Below are positions 37,131 through 45,374 of a DNA stretch of 59,062 bases, piece by piece. The position numbers were made by a program, and so were the translations under genes. This stretch comes from a virus (taxonomy: Duplodnaviria; Caudoviricetes): positions 1-59,062 of the IMG/VR virus record IMGVR_UViG_3300037493_000177, one strand, 5' to 3'. Every line of letters begins with the position of its first letter. Position 1 is the stretch's first letter. The notes under the pieces were generated by a model. That model ran no database searches, had not been told where the DNA came from, and saw nothing but the letters and a program-made list of their open reading frames with translations.

Positions 37131-37141
37131 AAGGCCGCGAT

Positions 37142-40100
37142 ATGTCAAATAGACTTCTTATAAAGAAATCATCTGTAGCTACTAAAGTTCCAGTTGCTGG
37201 AGATTTAGAGTATGGCGAATTAGCCATAAACTACACAGATGAAAAAATCTATTTTAAGAATGCATCTAATGTAATCAGATCTTTTAATGCGCTATCTGGG
37301 GCAGGAACAGTAACATCAGTCGCAGGTGCTGGTACCGTCTCCGGTTTAACTCTTACAGGAACAGTAACTTCATCGGGTAGTTTAACACTTGGTGGAACGT
37401 TAGCAGTATTACCATCTAACTTTGCATCACAGACAGCCACTACCGTTCTTGCTGCGCCGACACTCACAGCCGGAGTACCAACATTTAGAACGTTGACGCT
37501 AGAAGATATTCCAGATGCATGGGTTAAGAAATCAGTAGTCGCGGCAACGACTGCAAACATTACACTATCAGCGCCGCAAACTATCGATGGCAGTGCTTTG
37601 GTCGCTGGTAATCGGGTTCTGGTGAAAAATCAAACTCTTTCACAAGAAAATGGTATATATGTAGTAGCAGCAGCTGCCTGGACTCGAGCATTAGATGCAG
37701 ATACTATTGGTAAGCTTGCAGGTGCTCATGTAAACGTAGACAGTGGAGCAACTAATGGTGGCATATCTTTTGATGCAGACCTTAGATCCACTGATGTACT
37801 TGGCACTACAGCAATGGCATGGAATAGAATTGTTGATACTGCGTATACAATACCAATCACACAAGGTGGTACTGGCGCAATAACTGCTGCATTGGCAAGA
37901 ACAGCACTAGGCGCAGGCACTGTAACTTCAGTCGCTGCATTGACACTTGGCACTACTGGCACCGACATTACATCTACAGTTGCAACTGGTACTGCAGCGG
38001 CAGTTATCACACTTAATGTTCCTACTGCTTCTGCCGCTAATCGTGGCGCACTAAGTGCTGCTGATTGGACTACGTTTAATAGTAAAGCAGCAGGATCTCA
38101 CAATCATACTTCTTTAACTGGTGTTACATCTATTGTTTTTGCAGCCGAAGCTAGTGACGCTGCATCCATATCAACGACAATAACTGGTTCATCAACATTC
38201 TTTGATTTTAATTTAACAGACGATAATAGTAACGACGAATGGCGTTGGAGATTTACCCCAAGCGGCACAACAGTATATGACGCAATGCGGTTAGTCCCGG
38301 TTAGCAATACCGCTGCAAACTTAGTTGTTTCTGGTACAGTAAGCGCTGGCGGAACAACTTTGACTGGCAATACGGGTACTGTAACATCTGTTACAACTTC
38401 TGGTACTGTAAGTGGATTGACACTTACTGACGGTACGATCACCACTACAGGTACCGTTACTTTAGGCGGAACGTTAGCAGTATTACCATCTAACTTTGCT
38501 TCACAAACAGCAAATACAGTACTAGCAGCACCTGATGGCGCGGCAGGTACTCCAACATTTAGAAACTTAACACTAAACGATTTACCCGATGCTTGGGTTA
38601 AAAAGGCTGTTGGAGCCGCAACAACTGCGGCTTTAACTATCAATACTGCTCAGGTAACAATCGATGGTGTGACACTCGCTGCTTCAACTAGAGTATTGAT
38701 TAAAAATCAGGCAGCGGCAGGCGAAAATGGTATTTATACAGGCGTTACTACTACTACATGGGTAAGAGCTCTTGACGCCGATACTGCTTCAGAAATAGCA
38801 GGTGCTTTTGTTAACGTAGATGCTGGCACTGTAAACGGTGGTAGAGTATTTGACAATGACTTTAAATCTACCGACACGTTAGGTACTACTGCGATGAATT
38901 GGTCGCAGAACGTGGATGTGGGTTATTTCACTACTGTTGGTAACAGTTTTGCGACTCTTGCAAACCCAACTGCTATCACATTCCTTAGAATTAATGCAGA
39001 TAATACAGTATCTGCTCTTGCTGCTGCAGCGTTTAGAACTGCCATTGGCGCGGGTACTAGTTCTACAACTGGTACTGTAACATCGGTTGCTGCGTTAACA
39101 ATTGGTACTACGGGTACCGACATTACGTCTACAGTTGCAACTGGTACTACTACTCCAGTTATCACACTTAATGTTCCAACTGCATCAGCATCGAATAGAG
39201 GTGCTCTAAGTGCTGCAGATTGGACTACGTTTAATAATAAACAAGCTGCTCTTGGGTTTACTCCTTATAATGCCACCAATCCTTCAGGGTATATCACTAG
39301 TAGTGCTTCAATTACTGGTAATGCTGCAACATCAACTAATGCCAGTTCTGCAATACGAATTTCATTTGCTGATCGTCGTTCCGTGGTTCAAACTCCTGGA
39401 TATTTTGGTGCAGGCGCTGATTGGTCATTTATGGCTAATAGCACTGACGGTTTATCAGACGGTGGCAGTTATCACGGGGTTATGCATTATCAGCCATATA
39501 CAGATGCATCTGGCGGTGGAGCATATGAATTAGGATTTACCGATAATAATAACTTATGGTTACGTGGTAGTTCAGGAGCACTGACCACGTTTGCAGCATG
39601 GAAAAAGATTTGGGATTCTGGGAACTTAACCAACTTAAACCAACTTACGAATGGTCCAGGTTATACTACGACCACTATAACTGCAACGACTCCTATAGTC
39701 GCTAGTGCCTCTACTGGTGCAGTAACATTAAGTCACGCCGCGTCGGGTGCAACTGCTGGTACATACAACAATGTCACAGTTAATGCTACCGGTCACGTTA
39801 CTGCTGGGTCTAATGTCGCTTATAGTACCACCACTGGTACAGTCACTTCGGTTGCAACAAGTGGCGGTTACGGAGGATTAACTCTAACTGGTGGTACAAT
39901 TACTACTACGGGTACTATCACGATGGGTGGTACTCCAACTGGTACTTGGCCTATTAGTGTTAGTGGAAGTTCAACATCGACTCCGTTAGTAAGCATTGAC
40001 AATTCTATAGCATACGGCAGAAGTGGTTTACAATTTGTTCAAATTAGTGGTGCGGCTGGAGACGTAGCAACTGCAACTAATGCACCAACTGCAGATTGGT

Positions 40101-41788
40101 GGCATATTATTAGAGGTAACCATGGTAACGCAGGAGGATATTATACTGATTTAGCTCTGCCTATGACTGCTGCTACTAATATTAGGTATCGTCGAATATC
40201 TAATGGAGCGAGTTCAGGATGGATCACAGTCTGGGATTCTACTAACTTAACAAACTTAAGCCAACTCACGAATGGTCCGGGTTATGGCACTGGCACAGTC
40301 ACTGCAGTAACAGCTACAACACCAATCGTTAGTTCTGGTGGTACTACACCTAATATTACCCATGCTGCATCTGGCGTAAGTGCTGGTACATATAATAACG
40401 TTACTGTTAATACATTTGGTCACGTTACAGCAGGATCTAATGTTGGTTATATTTCTGGTTATACAGAAACTGATACGCTGGCGTCTGTGACTGGTCGTGG
40501 TGCTGCTACTGGGTCTGCAATATCAGTTGCTTCTAGTAACTCTATGAGTATGTTTACTGGTACTAAGGGCGGCGCAACTTATGCAGATAATCTTGCAGTA
40601 TTTAGAGCAGTAGCAGATAATTCAAATGGTAGTCAAAATACTTTCTTTGAAGGCTATGTAGGTGGAACTGGTGGAACTAGATCATTCTATGTTCGTGCTG
40701 ATGGTTATATCTACGGTGCCGTTGCTGCTGGATTATCTATTACAGGCAATGCTGCAACTGCTTCACAAGTTATTGCAACTGTGACAGGCACAAGTTCTAT
40801 AGAATTAGTGCGCGGTAATATGGGAGATAATGACCAGTTCCGTATTTTAGTTGGTGCTACTGCAAGTAACGCAGGCTATGTAGAAATTGCTACAGCAGAT
40901 GATGGAAATGAGCCTATTTATGTTAGGCAATACACAGGCGTATTCGGTGCACTTACTAGAACTGCAAAGCTTTTAGATGAGTCTGGTAATACTTCATTTC
41001 CGGGGACTCTTACTGCGTCTAATCTATCAGGCACTAACACTGGTGATAATGCAGGTGTAACATCAGTCACTGCAGTTACGCCACTCGTAAGCTCAGGCGG
41101 TAATACTCCTCAAATATCGCACGCTACATCAGGTGTAAGCGCTGGTACATATAATAATGTAACTGTCAATACATTTGGTCACGTTACTGCAGGATCTAAT
41201 GTTGGTTATATTTCTGGTTATACGGAAGTAGATACGCTGGCGACTGTCACAGCTAGAGGTTCACAAGCTACTGCAAGTATTACAATTGGCTCAAATGGAA
41301 CATATGTCGCTGGTTCTATTTATTCCGATACTGCTTGGGGTATGATATTTAGAGCCAAACAAGCTTCTCCCGGAAATGCAGAGTTTAGATGGGCGACTAG
41401 CGCAGACGCAGAATTAATGAGATTGACAACTGCTGGAAATTTAACAGTTCCCGGTACTTTCTCAGCGTTGTCAAAATCATTCTTGATCGATCACCCAACT
41501 AAACCTGGAATGCAGTTACGTTATGGTTCTCTTGAAGGACCTGAGAATGGCGTCTATATTCGTGGTAGACTAAAGGGTAATAAGATCGAACTTCCAGAGT
41601 ACTGGACTAAGCTCGTTGACCCAGACTCCATCACAGTGAATCTAACCGCGATCGGTAAGTCACAGGATATATATATTGAGGACATCATTGATAATGTAGT
41701 CTATGTTGGTGGAGAGAACGTCAACTGTTTCTACACAGTGTATGCAGAACGTGTGGACATTGCAAAACTTGAAGTGGAGATTGGATAA
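37142..41788 (+). CDS. long tail fibre protein, modular and internally duplicated
   Basis: 1548 aa, T/G/A-rich; IKKS..GELAIN N-terminus; duplicated modules; knob-like domains; KSFLIDHP..LEGPE C-terminal domain. Confidence 0.88.
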   Translation: MSNRLLIKKSSVATKVPVAGDLEYGELAINYTDEKIYFKNASNVIRSFNALSGAGTVTSVAGAGTVSGLTLTGTVTSSGSLTLGGTLAVLPSNFASQTATTVLAAPTLTAGVPTFRTLTLEDIPDAWVKKSVVAATTANITLSAPQTIDGSALVAGNRVLVKNQTLSQENGIYVVAAAAWTRALDADTIGKLAGAHVNVDSGATNGGISFDADLRSTDVLGTTAMAWNRIVDTAYTIPITQGGTGAITAALARTALGAGTVTSVAALTLGTTGTDITSTVATGTAAAVITLNVPTASAANRGALSAADWTTFNSKAAGSHNHTSLTGVTSIVFAAEASDAASISTTITGSSTFFDFNLTDDNSNDEWRWRFTPSGTTVYDAMRLVPVSNTAANLVVSGTVSAGGTTLTGNTGTVTSVTTSGTVSGLTLTDGTITTTGTVTLGGTLAVLPSNFASQTANTVLAAPDGAAGTPTFRNLTLNDLPDAWVKKAVGAATTAALTINTAQVTIDGVTLAASTRVLIKNQAAAGENGIYTGVTTTTWVRALDADTASEIAGAFVNVDAGTVNGGRVFDNDFKSTDTLGTTAMNWSQNVDVGYFTTVGNSFATLANPTAITFLRINADNTVSALAAAAFRTAIGAGTSSTTGTVTSVAALTIGTTGTDITSTVATGTTTPVITLNVPTASASNRGALSAADWTTFNNKQAALGFTPYNATNPSGYITSSASITGNAATSTNASSAIRISFADRRSVVQTPGYFGAGADWSFMANSTDGLSDGGSYHGVMHYQPYTDASGGGAYELGFTDNNNLWLRGSSGALTTFAAWKKIWDSGNLTNLNQLTNGPGYTTTTITATTPIVASASTGAVTLSHAASGATAGTYNNVTVNATGHVTAGSNVAYSTTTGTVTSVATSGGYGGLTLTGGTITTTGTITMGGTPTGTWPISVSGSSTSTPLVSIDNSIAYGRSGLQFVQISGAAGDVATATNAPTADWWHIIRGNHGNAGGYYTDLALPMTAATNIRYRRISNGASSGWITVWDSTNLTNLSQLTNGPGYGTGTVTAVTATTPIVSSGGTTPNITHAASGVSAGTYNNVTVNTFGHVTAGSNVGYISGYTETDTLASVTGRGAATGSAISVASSNSMSMFTGTKGGATYADNLAVFRAVADNSNGSQNTFFEGYVGGTGGTRSFYVRADGYIYGAVAAGLSITGNAATASQVIATVTGTSSIELVRGNMGDNDQFRILVGATASNAGYVEIATADDGNEPIYVRQYTGVFGALTRTAKLLDESGNTSFPGTLTASNLSGTNTGDNAGVTSVTAVTPLVSSGGNTPQISHATSGVSAGTYNNVTVNTFGHVTAGSNVGYISGYTEVDTLATVTARGSQATASITIGSNGTYVAGSIYSDTAWGMIFRAKQASPGNAEFRWATSADAELMRLTTAGNLTVPGTFSALSKSFLIDHPTKPGMQLRYGSLEGPENGVYIRGRLKGNKIELPEYWTKLVDPDSITVNLTAIGKSQDIYIEDIIDNVVYVGGENVNCFYTVYAERVDIAKLEVEIG
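37394..38499 (+). repeat. internal duplication with a 1074-nt (358-codon) period
   Basis: Exact 32-mer GGAACGTTAGCAGTATTACCATCTAACTTTGC at 37394-37425 and 38468-38499; downstream peptides are paralogous. Confidence 0.9.
40382..41242 (+). repeat. 102-nt near-identical direct repeats (40382-40483, 41141-41242)
   Basis: Both encode AGTYNNVTVNTFGHVTAGSNVGYISGYTE.DTLA; differences are mostly synonymous. Confidence 0.9.
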
Positions 41789-42312
41789 TGGCGACACACT
41801 ATGGGGCTAGATGGAGTATTACTCCCGGTGTTGCAGCACCTGCATCGGTTAACTCATTGCTGCATCTTTCATTGAGTTCTTCTGGAGGTAATCTCGGCGG
41901 TAACTATTCACATGTAGTTTCTTCCAAAGGTACAACGCTATATAGTGGAGGAGCTAATAGATCATATAGAGTGAGTTCATATGGTTTAGTTAATGGCACT
42001 TATCAGAATATAGCATCTGCTGCGTTGGATGTATATGGGTCTACTACAGATGCTGCTGCGTTGAACACATTTTTAAATAATATGTCTGTTGGAAATTTAC
42101 TTGTATTAACCACTTACGATGAACCTGCTAATAATAGATCTTACTTTAACACTAATTTAGCAACCAATTTTGGCGCAAAACTTATAGATAATCTTGGTTT
42201 TCGTTACTGCTATGTTTTAGTTGCAGCAAAGGGTAAGGGCTTAGTATATGAAGATTATGGCAGTGATACTCAGTTTAAAGCTGTCACATTAGCGATAGGT
42301 AACATATCATGA
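41788..42312 (+). CDS. ILEI/PANDER (GG-type lectin) domain protein
   Basis: DVYG....AAALNTFLN....G.LLVLTTYDEPA...FGA......FR..YVLVA.KG. Confidence 0.7.
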   Translation: MATHYGARWSITPGVAAPASVNSLLHLSLSSSGGNLGGNYSHVVSSKGTTLYSGGANRSYRVSSYGLVNGTYQNIASAALDVYGSTTDAAALNTFLNNMSVGNLLVLTTYDEPANNRSYFNTNLATNFGAKLIDNLGFRYCYVLVAAKGKGLVYEDYGSDTQFKAVTLAIGNIS

Positions 42313-43571
42313 GTTTAAGTCATTCACCTTCAATTGTAACAGACGGGCTAATACTATCTCTTGACGCTGCTAATAGAAAGTCGTATGTAGGAGCAGCCCC
42401 TGCATCTTTAATCAATACTGATAGTTGGACTATTAGTTCTGGCAGTGTTGCTGGCTATAACCAAAATGGTAATACAGCAGAAAATACTAGACTATACGAC
42501 ATAGACCCTTGGGGTAACCAAAGCATTGTATGGGGCACTTATGCTTCTGGTGACGGTAATGCCGATGGTGGATGGAACACAGATTATCCAGCAATTGATT
42601 CTACAAAATTATATAGATTTTCAGTATGGGTTAGAAGAACTAGTGCTACCAGCTCAGGAACATTCTATTTTGGCACGGGCGGCGGCGGCGGCGAAGTTAG
42701 AAGAACAGATAATAGTGCTACTCAAGGAAACCCCTATTGGGAATGTCAAAATACTGGTGTGCTTACACAAAATCAATGGTATTTGGTATGTGGTCACATA
42801 TATCCACACTTTACTACTTATGCTGGAAAGCACCCCAATACCGGGTATTTCACAGTAGCAGGTGGAACTACTAAAGTAATGGAAACTAATGGTTGTAATA
42901 TTGGGCAAGATTTAAAATGGGATTCAGCAAGTACTTCAGCTGTACATAGAACATATCATTATTACTGCGGTGATGCTACAACTAGACTGCAATTCATGGC
43001 TCCTAGACTTGATTTGTGCGATGGAAATGAACCGTCAATATCCGAACTATTGACTAATGGGAATAGTGTTTGGAAAGACTTGAGTGGTAAAGCAAATCAT
43101 CATGTTGTATTCAATACTCCATCGTATGCTTCTAGAGCATTCAATATAACCGAATCTAACTATTTTCAAAGAACTTCTGCATTAAACGGTGTGTCAACGG
43201 CATGTACTGTTGTAATATGGTACAAGACTACTGATGGTCAAGAATTATGGGTTCGCGGAAATAGTAGTGGAGCCTTGTATTTAAGCGCTAGTGACGGTGG
43301 TAATTATTATCATGAAGGTGCGGGGACACCAACGAATTATATAGATACTGCCGTCCTCGTAAATCCAACAGCATACAGAAATGGACAGTATCATATGTGG
43401 GAAGCTAAGAATGTAAATTTTAGCGCGTGGACGACATTTGATTGGTTTGGATATACTGGCGCATGGAATATGACTGGCACAGTTGCTGCTATAATGGTTT
43501 ATAATAGAACTCTATCAGCAGCAGAGTCTGCCCAGAATTTTCAAGCAATACGTGGAAGGCACTCAATATGA
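42309..43571 (+). CDS. LamG/concanavalin-A-like lectin with an inserted beta-sandwich domain
   Basis: SPSIVTDGLILSLDAAN.KSY ... WKDLSG ... YNRTLSAAE..QNF.A.RGR. Confidence 0.75.
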   Translation: MSLSHSPSIVTDGLILSLDAANRKSYVGAAPASLINTDSWTISSGSVAGYNQNGNTAENTRLYDIDPWGNQSIVWGTYASGDGNADGGWNTDYPAIDSTKLYRFSVWVRRTSATSSGTFYFGTGGGGGEVRRTDNSATQGNPYWECQNTGVLTQNQWYLVCGHIYPHFTTYAGKHPNTGYFTVAGGTTKVMETNGCNIGQDLKWDSASTSAVHRTYHYYCGDATTRLQFMAPRLDLCDGNEPSISELLTNGNSVWKDLSGKANHHVVFNTPSYASRAFNITESNYFQRTSALNGVSTACTVVIWYKTTDGQELWVRGNSSGALYLSASDGGNYYHEGAGTPTNYIDTAVLVNPTAYRNGQYHMWEAKNVNFSAWTTFDWFGYTGAWNMTGTVAAIMVYNRTLSAAESAQNFQAIRGRHSI

Positions 43572-43774
43572 TATATGAAATAAATAGTTTAAACTCATAC
43601 GAAGCTGTTCAAAGTGGAGCTAAGTTTATAATTAATTCTGCTGATGGTAGTCATGCACTAGTTTTAGCAGAGACTTTACCAGAAACAATTAATATTCTAG
43701 CAACACATGAAGAAGCTTCTTTGCCAACTTTAATGAATTCTATAGAATGGAAACAGCCATGTATTGGATGCTAA
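43568..43774 (+). CDS. hypothetical protein
   Basis: 68 aa, ATGA-coupled to the upstream lectin; ends WKQPCIGC. Confidence 0.6.
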   Translation: MIYEINSLNSYEAVQSGAKFIINSADGSHALVLAETLPETINILATHEEASLPTLMNSIEWKQPCIGC

Positions 43775-43784
43775 GGGATATTAT

Positions 43785-45359
43785 ATGAGTTCAGCAGCAG
43801 GATCAAATGGCGTAACCAGTGGACTAGTTCTAGATCTTGATGGTGCTTACATCGGACTAACCGCAACCGTCGACGTACTACTTGTAGCGGGTGGCGGTGG
43901 CGGTGGAATGGACATGGGCGGTGGCGGCGGAGCCGGTGGCGTTCTATACACTACGTCTAGTATCACACATGGAAATACATATGCTGTAGTCGTAGGCGCT
44001 GGAGGTGCTGGCGCCCGCGCCAGAGATGTAGCATCTGAACGTGGTGCTAATGGTGCTAATTCTACATTCAACGGATTGACTGCTATTGGTGGAGGTGGCG
44101 GAGCATCATTCCATGATAGCTCAAGTTACCCAGCTGGTTCCGGTGGTTCTGGGGGCGGGGCATCTGGTGGAGCCCAATCCCCCAGCGGTGGTTCAGGCGG
44201 AGCTGGAGGTTACGGTGGCGGAGCTGCTGGAACTGGAACTGCTGGTCAAGGATACGCTGGTTCATTTGGAATATGGGCTTGGTATCCAGGTGGTGGAGGA
44301 GGTGCTGCTGGAGCCGGTTCAACTAATCCAGCAAACGGCGGTCCTGGTATCTGCTACCCAACAATGAGTCCATATTACTTTGGAGGAGGTGGTGGTGGCT
44401 CTGGTTATGCAGCTGGTCAAGGTGGTACTGGTGGAATCGGTGGCGGAGGAGGCGGAGCATTAGGTGATACTAGTGTTGCCGGTAAGGGTGGCCAAGGTGG
44501 TGGTAGTGCATTGAATGCGGGTGTTAATGGATCTCGCGGATTAGGCGGCAGCTGGGCTAATGTGCCTGGCGGCAGTGCTGGAGCAAACACCGGTGGTGGT
44601 GGTGGCGGAGGGTCTCACTACAATTCAAATAATGCAGGCGGTGGCGGCGGATCTGGTATTGTCATCATACGTTATCTTGGTAGACAGCGCGCCGTTGGTG
44701 GTGTAGTATCTTCACTTAATGGATATACTATTCATACGTTCTTAACTGATGGAACTTTTAGCACTGCTGCATGGGTCGACAAGAGTGGAAATGGAAACAC
44801 TGGAACTTTAACTAATGGTCCAATATATAGTTCAGCAAATGGGGGTAGCATAGTATTTGACGGAGTAAACAAGTATGTTGCCTGTGGAAATTTAGGGGCA
44901 TTTTATCCACAAGGAACTGTATCTTTTTGGATGAATGCTGCAACAATTGCAAGTTATCCTAACCCCTTTGCCACACACTTTCAAGGTTCCAATGTCGGTT
45001 TTAGATTCGAAGGTAGGGCAGACGGTAATTTTAACATGGTAGTCGGCAATGACGCAGGTACCTATACCCCACATACGTTTATTGCATCAGGCATGAGCGC
45101 AAATACTTGGTATAATATTACTTTCACCTGGATAGTGGGATCAAATATTGTTGCAGGATACTTAAATGGGGTGCAAGTATTCAATGAAGCACAGACATAT
45201 TGGGCAACTACTATGCCGAGTGTTACTATTGGAAACGGATTTAGTAATAGTAGATATTGGAATGGTAATATAAGTGTTGTTCAAATCTATAATCGTGCCC
45301 TATCAGCAGCCGAAGTCAAACAAAATTTCAATGCGACCCGAAGTCGCTATGGTATATAA
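43785..45359 (+). CDS. LamG lectin with an inserted glycine-rich domain
   Basis: Start at ATG 43785 after AAGGG; VTSGLVLDLD, LLVAGGGGGG...GGGGSGIVIIRY, WVDKSGNGN.GTLTNGP, YNRALSAAEVKQNFNA. Confidence 0.8.
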   Translation: MSSAAGSNGVTSGLVLDLDGAYIGLTATVDVLLVAGGGGGGMDMGGGGGAGGVLYTTSSITHGNTYAVVVGAGGAGARARDVASERGANGANSTFNGLTAIGGGGGASFHDSSSYPAGSGGSGGGASGGAQSPSGGSGGAGGYGGGAAGTGTAGQGYAGSFGIWAWYPGGGGGAAGAGSTNPANGGPGICYPTMSPYYFGGGGGGSGYAAGQGGTGGIGGGGGGALGDTSVAGKGGQGGGSALNAGVNGSRGLGGSWANVPGGSAGANTGGGGGGGSHYNSNNAGGGGGSGIVIIRYLGRQRAVGGVVSSLNGYTIHTFLTDGTFSTAAWVDKSGNGNTGTLTNGPIYSSANGGSIVFDGVNKYVACGNLGAFYPQGTVSFWMNAATIASYPNPFATHFQGSNVGFRFEGRADGNFNMVVGNDAGTYTPHTFIASGMSANTWYNITFTWIVGSNIVAGYLNGVQVFNEAQTYWATTMPSVTIGNGFSNSRYWNGNISVVQIYNRALSAAEVKQNFNATRSRYGI

Positions 45360-45374
45360 CATGGGAGCTATTAT

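Noticed and set aside
31023-39165. Many 70-180 aa minus-strand ORFs (V/P/A-rich) opposite the fibre genes
   Set aside because: Shadow ORFs produced by Thr/Gly/Ala codon bias on the coding strand; no RBS or recognisable motifs
40382-41242. Near-identical repeats in a fibre gene as a DGR template/variable pair
   Set aside because: Mismatches are mostly synonymous and not adenine-specific, both copies are coding, and no reverse transcriptase is in the window
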